Assembly (NCBI GenBank): GCA_017881915.1
Contig: JADGQK010000005.1
Coordinates: 1-63,219 of the forward strand
From: Chloroflexota bacterium
GTDB lineage: Bacteria > Chloroflexota > Limnocylindria > Limnocylindrales > CSP1-4
Direction: 5' to 3'
DNA: 63,219 nt
Each line of letters begins with the position of its first letter. Positions within the stretch are counted from its first letter, which is position 1. Below the pieces are notes generated by a model that was not told the DNA's origin, did no database searches, and saw only the letters and a list, made by a program, of their open reading frames with translations. Made by a program: the position numbers and the translations under genes. This document shows, one piece after another, positions 26,384-34,431 of the stretch.

Positions 26384-27619
26384 CTACTGGCCCAGTGCCT
26401 TCATGACGTCCGCCGGCGGAGTTGCGTGGAACCCGTCCTGCCACGCCTGGACCAGGTTGTCCCTGGTCACGGCGAGGGCAGGCACCACGATGAAGGGCGG
26501 GACGTCGACGCCGCAGCGCTTGAGCACAGCGGCCTTCACGGTGTTCGCACCTTCGTCATAGGTGTGCTCGATGGCGGTCCCGTAGTAGTTGCTGCCCGCC
26601 GTCGCCATGATGACGTCGTTCGCGGCGTCGAGGTCGTGGGTGACGACCTTGACGTGCTTGTTGTTGGCAGCCTGGAGTGAGGCGAAGACCCCAGCGGCGG
26701 CGCCGCTGTAGGAGATGTAGATCCCGTCAAGATCCGGGTGCTGGGTGAGCATCGCGTCGGTCGCCGCGCCCACGGTGGCCGCGTCGGTGAAGCCGGCCCA
26801 GGCCACGTTCTTCATGTTGGGGTACTTCTGCGCCATCTCGGCGAGGAAGCCCTTCTCGCGGTTGTTGCTGTTGTAGAAGGCGACGTCCAGCTGGATGAAG
26901 CCGTATGTGCCCTTCTCGCCGAGCGCCTTCGCGAGCAGGTCGGCCGCGTCCTTCCCCATCCGGTAGTGATCGCCGGTGCTGATCGTGACGTACTCCTTGC
27001 CGGCGGTCCAACCGTCGACGGGGTTGTCGTAGAACACGATCGTGGTGCCGGCGTCGACGGCGGGCTTGTAGTCCGCCTTCCCCGCTACCGGGTCGACCGG
27101 GATGGTGACGAGGATGTCCGGCTTGCCGGCCATGACAGTCTCGACGGCCGCGGCCTCCTTCGCGGGGTCGAAGTCCGTGGCCGCTGTCATGGTCACGTTG
27201 ATCCCGTACTCGGCGGCCTTCTCACGGACGCCCTTTTCGATGGCCGCCATCCAGGTGTTGCCCGACAGCCCGTTGAGGAAGGCGAGCTTCAAATGGGCGT
27301 TCTTGATCTGCGTCACACACGCGGCGGTCGGATCCGGGACGTCCGCCGCGTTCGTCGAATGCTCGCCGTTCGGCCCCGGCGTGAAGCCGGTGAGGTCGAC
27401 GGACATGGGATCGAAGCCCTTGAAGATGTCGCTCTGCGCCCAAGCCTGGGGCGCCGCGCTGGGGGCTCCGGTCGCGGGGGCTGCGGCCGTCGGGGCCGCG
27501 GCCGTCGGGGCCGCACTCCCAGGGGCCGCGCTCCCAGGGGCGGCGGTCGCCGTGCTCGAGCAACCCGCGATGAGAGCAACGGTCGCCAGCGCCGTGATCA
27601 GTTTCCGCGAACTTCTCAT
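26384..27619 (-). CDS. Sugar ABC transporter substrate-binding lipoprotein (type I periplasmic binding protein fold)
   Basis: The signal and lipobox are MRSSRKLITALATVALIAGCSS, followed by a repetitive Ala/Pro/Gly/Ser linker and then a PBP1 core (LKLAFLNGLSGNTWMAAIEKG…). A GGAGGAG SD precedes the ATG at 27619. Confidence 0.85.
   Translation of the reverse strand: MRSSRKLITALATVALIAGCSSTATAAPGSAAPGSAAPTAAAPTAAAPATGAPSAAPQAWAQSDIFKGFDPMSVDLTGFTPGPNGEHSTNAADVPDPTAACVTQIKNAHLKLAFLNGLSGNTWMAAIEKGVREKAAEYGINVTMTAATDFDPAKEAAAVETVMAGKPDILVTIPVDPVAGKADYKPAVDAGTTIVFYDNPVDGWTAGKEYVTISTGDHYRMGKDAADLLAKALGEKGTYGFIQLDVAFYNSNNREKGFLAEMAQKYPNMKNVAWAGFTDAATVGAATDAMLTQHPDLDGIYISYSGAAAGVFASLQAANNKHVKVVTHDLDAANDVIMATAGSNYYGTAIEHTYDEGANTVKAAVLKRCGVDVPPFIVVPALAVTRDNLVQAWQDGFHATPPADVMKALGQ
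27483..27542. repeat. Two pairs of 15-bp tandem repeats inside the SBP linker-coding region
   Basis: GCGGCCGTCGGGGCC occurs twice (27483-27512), followed by GC(A/G)CTCCCAGGGGC(C/G) twice (27513-27542). These encode AAPGS AAPGS AAPTA AAPTA on the minus strand. Confidence 0.6.
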
Positions 27620-27692
27620 GTGCGTACTCCTCCTCGCCAGTCCTGGACGACGTAGCGGTCGAGTCGCCGGTCGGCCACTCGTTCCGCGATCG

Positions 27693-28421
27693 TCAGTCGT
27701 TGTAGGTGTCCACCTCGAAGGACGAGAACCCGTGGTCCACATTGGTATCCCCCACGCCGAAGTTGAAGCCGATGCCCGGACTGCCCGCGTCGTAGGTGTC
27801 GTCCGTTGCGGATATCACCTCCACGCCGTTGATGAACCCCTTGAGCACGTTGCCGACGATCGTTGCCTCCACCAGGTCCCCATCCTTGACGCCGTATTCC
27901 GGACCGATGAGCTTCTTGAGCGACGTGAAATCGGCGATCCTCCCGTTCCAGCGCACGATCTCTGCGTAGCCACCCTCCGTCTTGAGGCAGCGCCAGAACA
28001 CCTCGTAGCCCGTGCATCGGTGCGCTGTGATCGTGCTGCGCAGGCGGATCTCGACTTCCTGGAAGTACTCGTCCGTCGGGTTCCTGCTGAACACCGTCGC
28101 CTTCCCGTGCTGGTTCTTCCCCCAGGTGCCCGCAAGCACCGCGGTCGGATCGTCGTAGTCGCCCTCGGGAAGAGCGTCGTCAGGGGTCGCAGACTCGAGG
28201 TTGCCTTGCTCGACGCGACGTTCCGCGACGCGCATGCGGGTCCGCCCGCCGTAGGCCACCCCGCTCCTCGTGACGACGTCGACCCAGGCCAGCCCATCCG
28301 TCCCACCGTTGATCCACATCCCGCCCTCCGAGATCGGATCCTCGTCGAGCTCGAAATGTGTGCTGTACGACCGTACTGAAGCGACCCTGGATCCTCGTGG
28401 GTCCATCGGCTGGGCTGTCAT
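27693..28421 (-). CDS. Hypothetical protein (no signal peptide; possibly a beta-sandwich/LamG-like fold), first gene of the ABC importer operon
   Basis: The 242-aa ORF runs from MTAQPMDPRG and has an AGGAG SD about 11 nt upstream. Codon usage is coding-like. I recognise no family. It contains …GMWINGG…YEVFWRC…GFINGVEV…GSPGIGFNFG…. Confidence 0.5.
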   Translation of the reverse strand: MTAQPMDPRGSRVASVRSYSTHFELDEDPISEGGMWINGGTDGLAWVDVVTRSGVAYGGRTRMRVAERRVEQGNLESATPDDALPEGDYDDPTAVLAGTWGKNQHGKATVFSRNPTDEYFQEVEIRLRSTITAHRCTGYEVFWRCLKTEGGYAEIVRWNGRIADFTSLKKLIGPEYGVKDGDLVEATIVGNVLKGFINGVEVISATDDTYDAGSPGIGFNFGVGDTNVDHGFSSFEVDTYND

Positions 28422-28510
28422 GGCGTTCGCTGATCTCCTGTCTGGCACAGATCCGAGAAGGGCCTTGCTCGGACCGGGACGGGGCCATCCCGTTTGACCG
28501 TTTCGTACCA

Positions 28511-28524
28511 CTGTTTGCAAACAG
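28511..28524. promoter_or_regulatory. Perfect 14-bp palindrome CTGTTTGCAAACAG (operator candidate)
   Basis: It lies in the 371-bp divergent region between the gene at 27693-28421 (-) and the FGGY kinase gene (+). This is a relatively AT-rich stretch that also contains TTCCAA-17 nt-TATTAT (28703-28731), a sigma70-like promoter facing the kinase gene. Confidence 0.3.
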
Positions 28525-28792
28525 AGAACAGAACGAGTGTAGTGCCGGTTCGGCGCTCGGGTCAAGGTTAGAAACGGCACGTCGGGCGAGCCACGCCGAC
28601 CGCGCGCGGCGGGCATCTGCGTTCACCGACCGGCCCGGGCGAGAGGGATCGGCATGCCTCGATCGACGTCAGGGCGCCGATGTGTGCCGATGGCCCGTTC
28701 CGTTCCAAAGTCAGAAACATTTCGCTATTATTGGGGCAGTCTCACGTGTCCGAACGCGCCGTGCATGCCCAACGGCTGAAGGAGCGACCAGG

Positions 28793-30241
28793 ATGAGCCT
28801 CGTAGGGATCGACCTTGGGACGAGCTCGATCAAGGTGGTCGCCTATGCCGCCGACGGGGTCGTGCTGGCGGAAGCCAACCGGGCGGTGCCGGGCTATCGC
28901 CCCGAGCCGGGCCATTGGGAGGTCAATGTCGTCGAGCACCGCGAGGCATTCCGGGCCGCCCTGGCCTCGGTTGGTGCGGACCCGCAGGTCAGGCTGGATC
29001 CGCCCGTCGCGGTCTCCTTCAGCTCATCCGGCCGGGAGGTGTTCCCGGTTGCCCAGGACGGCACGCCGCTCGGTCCGTGCCTCATGACGCCCGACATCCG
29101 CGGGGACGACGTCGCCGCGGAGACGGCCGCCCGGCGGTCACCCGAGGACTGGTTCCGCCTGACCGGGCATGTCCCCCGGCGGATGGACCCGGTCAACCGG
29201 GCGCTGTGGTGGCGCAAGACCGACCCCGGGGTGGCCGCGAACGCGCGCTGGTTCATGAACTGGCACGAGTACTACTCGCTCCTCCTGAGCGGCCGAGCGG
29301 TCGTCGACTGGAGCGACGCCGGAACGTGGGCGACGTACGACGTGGCCACGGCAAACTGGTCACCCGAGCGGATCGACGAGACGGGGATCGACCCGAGGTG
29401 GCTGCCCGAGATCCAGCCCAACGGGACCCCGATCGGGACGATCCTGGGCCAGGCCGCCAGGGACTTTGACCTGCCCCAGGACACGCTCATCGTCACCGGC
29501 GCCTACGACGCCTACGCCGCGGCAGTTGGCTCGGCCGCGGTGGATCCGGGCTTCGTCGCGCTCGCCTGCGGGATGTGGCAATCGTTCACCATGCCGGTCC
29601 TGCCCGGCTGGCCCGTCGAGCTCGTCCACGACGGGATGAACGTCTTTCCCCACCCCGGCCCGACTGGCTTCGGGATCCTGGCCACGGACCCGAACGGGAT
29701 GAGCGTGATCGACTGGGTCCGGGATCTCGTGCACCTCTCGATCCCGGAGCTGGAGGCGGGGTTGGCGGCCGCCGGCCCGGGACCGGGCCACGTGTTCGCC
29801 GATGCAGCATTCACGCCGCTCCCCCATGTCTTGGCGATCCCGGGCTTCGGCGGCACGTTCTCGGGCGTGACCCTCGCGTCGACCCCGCTGGACATCGTAC
29901 GGGCCCTCCTCGAAGGGATCGCCTGCGAGTTCTCGCTCAGCCTCGATCGCCTCCGGAAACGGGGCGTCGAGGCGACCCTGATCAGGGCCACCGGCGGCGG
30001 CGCGAAGAATGCCTGGTGGCTCCAGCTCATGGCCGATGTCTGCGGGATCCCCATCGAGGTCGTCGCGCAAGATGAGCCGGGCGCCTTTGGCGCCGCGATC
30101 CTGGCCGGCGTTGGGGCAGGGGTGTACGGGTCCGTGTCTTCGGCGGTGGCTCAGCTCGTCACGGTCTCTCGGCGCTTCGAGCCGGACAGAGAGCGGGGCG
30201 CACTCTACGCCGGGGTGCATGCGCGACTCGCCGCAGGCTGA
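28793..30241 (+). CDS. FGGY-family carbohydrate kinase (xylulokinase-like)
   Basis: MSLVGIDLGTSSIKVVAY… and the C-terminal block GGGAKNAWWLQLMADVCGIPI…EPGAFGAAILAGVG are present. A GAAGGAG SD precedes the ATG at 28793. The upstream part of the track ORF is non-homologous. Confidence 0.85.
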   Translation: MSLVGIDLGTSSIKVVAYAADGVVLAEANRAVPGYRPEPGHWEVNVVEHREAFRAALASVGADPQVRLDPPVAVSFSSSGREVFPVAQDGTPLGPCLMTPDIRGDDVAAETAARRSPEDWFRLTGHVPRRMDPVNRALWWRKTDPGVAANARWFMNWHEYYSLLLSGRAVVDWSDAGTWATYDVATANWSPERIDETGIDPRWLPEIQPNGTPIGTILGQAARDFDLPQDTLIVTGAYDAYAAAVGSAAVDPGFVALACGMWQSFTMPVLPGWPVELVHDGMNVFPHPGPTGFGILATDPNGMSVIDWVRDLVHLSIPELEAGLAAAGPGPGHVFADAAFTPLPHVLAIPGFGGTFSGVTLASTPLDIVRALLEGIACEFSLSLDRLRKRGVEATLIRATGGGAKNAWWLQLMADVCGIPIEVVAQDEPGAFGAAILAGVGAGVYGSVSSAVAQLVTVSRRFEPDRERGALYAGVHARLAAG

Positions 30242-30253
30242 CGGGAGGAGCCA

Positions 30254-31339
30254 ATGAGACCAGTCGCAATGTCGACCCCGCTCCCGTCCGCGCTGACGGT
30301 CTCGACCCCGGCCCTGGTCGTGGACCTCGACATCTTCGAAGCCAACGTAGCGGCGCTGGACGCGCTCCTGCGCGGCACCGGCAAGACGGTCCGCCCGCAC
30401 GTCAAGACGCACCGGACCCCCGAGCTCGCTCGGCGTCAGCTCGGCGGCTCGGTCACGGGCCTCACCAGCAGCACCGTGGGCGAGGCAGAAGCCATGGTCG
30501 ACGCGGGCTTCGACGACCTGCTGGTGGCCAACGAGGTCGTCGATCCGGCCAAGATCGCCCGCCTCGTCGCCCTCGCCGACCGGGCCAGCATCACGGTGGC
30601 CGCGGACGACCCCGAGCCGGTCGCTGCCCTCTCGCGCGCTGCCACGGCGGCCGGCGTGACCGTCGGCGTGCTCATCGACGTGGACATCCTGCTCCACCGC
30701 TGTGGGGTGGGGTCCGCCCGGGACGCCATCGCCCTGGCCGGCCAGATCGAGCGCCTGCCCGGCCTGAGGCTGCGCGGGATCATGGGCTATGAAGGACGTC
30801 TGCGCCTGACCGACGACGACCGCAGCGGCAAGATCGCCGGCGCCTACGCGGCCCTCGCGGAGACGGCCGCTGCCCTGCGCGACGCCGGCTTTCCGGTCGA
30901 TGTCGTCTCGGCCGCCGGAACCTCCACGCTCCGGGAGGCGCTGGCCGACCCAACGATCACCGAGATCCAGGCCGGTGTCTACGCACTCATGGAGCCTGAG
31001 CTGCTGATCATGGACCTGCCCTTCCGCTGCGCAGCGGTCCTCAGGGGCACGGTCATCAGCCGCCACCCGGGCCGGATCGTGCTGGACGTGGGCCGCCGTG
31101 TCGTCGGCATGGAGTACGGCCCGCCGGTCCCGGTCGGGTTTGCGGTCCAGGCGATCTCCATCGGCGACGAGCACGCCACGATGATGATGGAGGATCCGCT
31201 GCCGCCCCTCGGCAGCCAGCTCGACCTCACGCCGGGCCAGGTCCGCACGACGTTCAACCTCCACGACCACGTCTGGGTAAGCCGGGGCGACAGCATCGTC
31301 GACCGCTGGCCGATCACCGCGCGTGGCAGCTCCCAGTAG
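30254..31339 (+). CDS. Fold-type III PLP enzyme, D-serine dehydratase / D-threonine aldolase-like, paralogue B
   Basis: TPALVVDLDIFEANV…VRPHVKTHRTPELA shows the PLP-Lys context, then …GYEG… and a C-terminal DSD1-type domain. A GGGAGGAG SD is present. Confidence 0.8.
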   Translation: MRPVAMSTPLPSALTVSTPALVVDLDIFEANVAALDALLRGTGKTVRPHVKTHRTPELARRQLGGSVTGLTSSTVGEAEAMVDAGFDDLLVANEVVDPAKIARLVALADRASITVAADDPEPVAALSRAATAAGVTVGVLIDVDILLHRCGVGSARDAIALAGQIERLPGLRLRGIMGYEGRLRLTDDDRSGKIAGAYAALAETAAALRDAGFPVDVVSAAGTSTLREALADPTITEIQAGVYALMEPELLIMDLPFRCAAVLRGTVISRHPGRIVLDVGRRVVGMEYGPPVPVGFAVQAISIGDEHATMMMEDPLPPLGSQLDLTPGQVRTTFNLHDHVWVSRGDSIVDRWPITARGSSQ

Positions 31340-31395
31340 ACGCTGCCCCGGCTGAATTGGGCCAGACAGCCGGGACACGAGAAGGAGAGACCCCG

Positions 31396-32583
31396 ATGCG
31401 AGATCCGGCGCCGGTCATCGTCGAAGCTCACGACCACGTCCGCGACCTGTATGGCGCAGCGCTCGGCAGGAGCAAGTACGACGTCGTCACTCCGGCACTC
31501 ATCGTCGACCGCGACGTGCTGCGCTCGAATCTCTCGTTCATGGAGGCCCGCCTGCCTGCTCTCCATGCGCGCCTGCGCGGCCACGTGAAGAATCACAAGA
31601 GCCCACACATCGCCCGGATGCAGCTCGAGCACGGCGCATTCGGCCTGTGCGCCGCGACGGTCTGGGAGGCGATCGTCATGGTTCGGGCGGGCGCCGACGA
31701 CGTCCTGATCGCGAACCAGCTCGTGGTGCCCCAGAAGCGCCGCGCGGCCGCGCTCCTGGCCCGTGAGGCAAATGTCCTGGTCAACGTGGACGACATCGGC
31801 GATGCCGAGGGACTCTCGGCCGCCGCTGTCGAAGCCGGCACGACGCTTGGTGTCCTGGTCGAGGTTGACACCGGCATGCACCGGGCCGGGGTCGACTCTC
31901 CCGAAGAAGCGCTGGTCGTTGCGCAGCGGATCCAGGCGTTGCCCGGCCTGCGCATGGACGGGCTCTCGGGTTACGAGGGTCATTGCTCGATGGAGATGGA
32001 TCGCGACACGCGCCACGAGAAGCAGGCCGTCGCGATGCGCTACTTCGTCGAGGTCGCCGACTTCCTCGAGGCGAACGGCGTGCCCTGCCCGATCCTTTCG
32101 GCAGCCGGGACCGCGACGGCGTTCTGGACCGGGGCGGATCCGCGGATCACCGAGCTCCAGCTGGGCTCATACGCGGCGATGGACGACTATCACTACCTCA
32201 TGGAGCCGAGCTTCAAGAAGGCGACTTCGGCGGTCGTGACGGTGATCAGCCGGCGCAAGGACCGGATCGTCCTCAACCTCGGCAAGAAGACGTTCGGCGC
32301 GGCCGACGTCGCGGGGATCCCGGCCTACCCGCGGATCATGGGCCACGAGCAGCTGGTTCCCTACCGCTTCGACGAGGAGCACGCGACCTACGAGGCGGAT
32401 GCCTCGTGCACCCTGAAGGTCGGCGACGTGGTTGGCTTCCACCTGGGTTACACGCCGTTTGCGGTCAACTACTTCGACGCCTACCACGTGGTCGAGAACG
32501 ACAAGGTGGTCGATATCTGGCCGATCATTCCGCGTGGGCCGCTCCATGGCGGGCTGCTCACGATGCTCGAGGCCGGCCGCTGA
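31396..32583 (+). CDS. Fold-type III PLP enzyme, D-serine dehydratase / D-threonine aldolase-like, paralogue C
   Basis: TPALIVDRDVLRSN…LRGHVKNHKSPHIA…GYEGHCS…DIWPIIPRGP resembles paralogue A (8851-10014) along its whole length, including the C-terminal DIWP(V/I)IPRGP. A GAAGGAGAG SD precedes the ATG at 31396. Confidence 0.8.
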   Translation: MRDPAPVIVEAHDHVRDLYGAALGRSKYDVVTPALIVDRDVLRSNLSFMEARLPALHARLRGHVKNHKSPHIARMQLEHGAFGLCAATVWEAIVMVRAGADDVLIANQLVVPQKRRAAALLAREANVLVNVDDIGDAEGLSAAAVEAGTTLGVLVEVDTGMHRAGVDSPEEALVVAQRIQALPGLRMDGLSGYEGHCSMEMDRDTRHEKQAVAMRYFVEVADFLEANGVPCPILSAAGTATAFWTGADPRITELQLGSYAAMDDYHYLMEPSFKKATSAVVTVISRRKDRIVLNLGKKTFGAADVAGIPAYPRIMGHEQLVPYRFDEEHATYEADASCTLKVGDVVGFHLGYTPFAVNYFDAYHVVENDKVVDIWPIIPRGPLHGGLLTMLEAGR

Positions 32584-32619
32584 CCAAGCCGAAGCGCCGC
32601 CAGCCGCGACGGGCGTGGC

Positions 32620-33651
32620 TCAGGCGTCCGACACAACTGGCCCGGGGTCCCGCGACACACGGCCAACGACCGGGTAGTTCGGGTCGTGGTAGCCGTAGGT
32701 CGACGCATAGCCCGGCGGGACGAGACGGTCGACCAGCGCTGAATCGTCGGCGTCGAAGTCATGCTCCAGCGCGCCGAGGTACTCGGTCCACTGGTCGAGC
32801 GTTCGCGGCCCGGCCAGGACGGCCGAGACCAGGGCATTGCCGAGCAGCCAGTTCAGGGCGAACTGCCCGGTGGTCATGCCCTTTCGCTCTGCGTGCTCGC
32901 GCAACTGCTGGGCAATCTGGAGGGACTCGTCGCGCCACTCTCTGAGCATCAGGTCGGCGTCGTTCCGACCAGCCCGGGAATCCGGCGGGGGTTCCGCCCC
33001 GGGACGGTACTTGCCGGTGAGGACGCCGCGAGCGAGCGGACTGAAGGGAATGACCCCGAGGCCGAAATGGGCAGCAGCGGGCAGGAGCTCGACCTCAGGC
33101 AGGCGGTTCAGGGCGTGGTAATAGGGCTGGAGGGCGATCGGCGTCGGGATGCCCAGCTCCCTGCAGATGGCCACGGCCTCGGCGAGCCGCCAACCGCGGA
33201 AGTTCGACAGGCCGAGGTAGAGCACCTTGCCCGCCCGGATCAGGTCGCCGACGGCCTGCAGCGATTCACGCAGGGGCGTCGTCTCGTCGTCGCGGTGGAG
33301 ATAGTAGAGATCGACATGGTCGGTGCGCAGCCGCCGGAGGCTCCGTTCAATCGACGCCTGGATCTGGCGGCGGTTGGTACCGTCCTCGTTGGGCCCACTG
33401 CCGGTCCGAGAGCCGACCTTGGTGGCGATGACCCACCAGTCCCGATCCGAGGCCAGCAGGTCTCCCACGATCGCCTCCCCCTTGCCGCCGGCGTAGGAGA
33501 CCGCGGTGTCGATGAAGTTGATGCCCGCATCCCGGGCAGAGCCGACGATCAGGGCCGCTTCGGCTTCGTCCGTGCGCGATCCGAACAACATCGTGCCGAG
33601 GCAAATCGGCGACACCTTGAGGCCGCTGGCTCCCAGGACGCGGTAGTTCAT
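32620..33651 (-). CDS. Aldo/keto reductase
   Basis: MNYRVLGASGLKVSPICLGTMLFG…INFIDTA..Y…DLYYLHR.D…LGLSNF… are standard AKR signatures. Confidence 0.9.
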   Translation of the reverse strand: MNYRVLGASGLKVSPICLGTMLFGSRTDEAEAALIVGSARDAGINFIDTAVSYAGGKGEAIVGDLLASDRDWWVIATKVGSRTGSGPNEDGTNRRQIQASIERSLRRLRTDHVDLYYLHRDDETTPLRESLQAVGDLIRAGKVLYLGLSNFRGWRLAEAVAICRELGIPTPIALQPYYHALNRLPEVELLPAAAHFGLGVIPFSPLARGVLTGKYRPGAEPPPDSRAGRNDADLMLREWRDESLQIAQQLREHAERKGMTTGQFALNWLLGNALVSAVLAGPRTLDQWTEYLGALEHDFDADDSALVDRLVPPGYASTYGYHDPNYPVVGRVSRDPGPVVSDA

Positions 33652-33670
33652 CGTGGCCCTCCTGCGGTCC

Positions 33671-34417
33671 CTAGCCCTGGAGCGGGATCCCCAGCTCATC
33701 GAGCGAATCGAGCAGCTCCTGCGGATCGCGGTAGACTCGGAAGGCTCCCGCCTGCAGCAGCTCGTCGACGCCGTATCCCCCGCTCAGAAGCCCGACGCTG
33801 AGCATGCCGGCGCGGCGCGCGGCCAGCAGGTCCCAGACGGCGTCGCCAACCACGTAGACCTCCTCGCGCCGGACACCCATCCGCTCCTGGCAGGCGAGGA
33901 AGAGGTCCGGCTCGGGCTTCGCTCGCAGCACGTCGCCCCGGCTCACGACGATTACGTCCGCAGGCAGGCCCAGGACCCCCAGCGACGCGTCAATGTCGGG
34001 GTGCCGCCCGGAGGTCGCGATTCCGAAGGGCACGCCATTCTCGCGCAGCCAGCCGACCAGCTCACGCGCGCCGGGCAGGGGCCGGCGCACGGGCAGGAGG
34101 GCCTGGTAGATCTCGCCGTGACGTTGCTGCAGCCGCTCCTGCTCGGCCGCTGAGAGCGACCGCCCGATCTCGCGCGCGAGGGCGCGAGCGGACAGCCCAC
34201 CGCTCATGCCGATGCGCCGATGGACGAGCCAGCCGGGAACTTCCAGGCCCGCCTCCGCGAGCGCCTGCTGGAGGGCCAGCACGTGGGCATAGACCGTGTC
34301 GACGAGGGTGCCGTCGAGGTCGAAGATGAACGCACGCACGCCTGTAAGTCTGGCACGTCGGTTCCGCCCTGCGCCACCTTGCCCAGGTTCGCTCTGCCTG
34401 CTAGACTGAGCAAACAT
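33671..34417 (-). CDS. HAD-IA family phosphatase (phosphoglycolate phosphatase / beta-PGM-like)
   Basis: FIFDLDGTLVDT is motif I, …ATSG… motif II and …VGDAVWDL… motif IV. The true start may be the GTG at 34339 (VRAFIFDLDG). Confidence 0.8.
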   Translation of the reverse strand: MFAQSSRQSEPGQGGAGRNRRARLTGVRAFIFDLDGTLVDTVYAHVLALQQALAEAGLEVPGWLVHRRIGMSGGLSARALAREIGRSLSAAEQERLQQRHGEIYQALLPVRRPLPGARELVGWLRENGVPFGIATSGRHPDIDASLGVLGLPADVIVVSRGDVLRAKPEPDLFLACQERMGVRREEVYVVGDAVWDLLAARRAGMLSVGLLSGGYGVDELLQAGAFRVYRDPQELLDSLDELGIPLQG

Positions 34418-34431
34418 TCACGACTGAGCAA
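34404..34431. promoter_or_regulatory. Direct repeat GACTGAGCAA x2 (operator candidate) overlapping a sigma70-like promoter
   Basis: GACTGAGCAA occurs at 34404-34413 and 34422-34431, immediately upstream of the SorC-type regulator gene. TTGCCC-17 nt-TAGACT lies at 34379-34407. Confidence 0.3.

Noticed and set aside
29360-31378. A 672-aa minus-strand ORF.
   Set aside because: It is antisense to the FGGY kinase and the DSD1-like paralogue B. It is a low-complexity Arg/Asp/Gly-rich translation.
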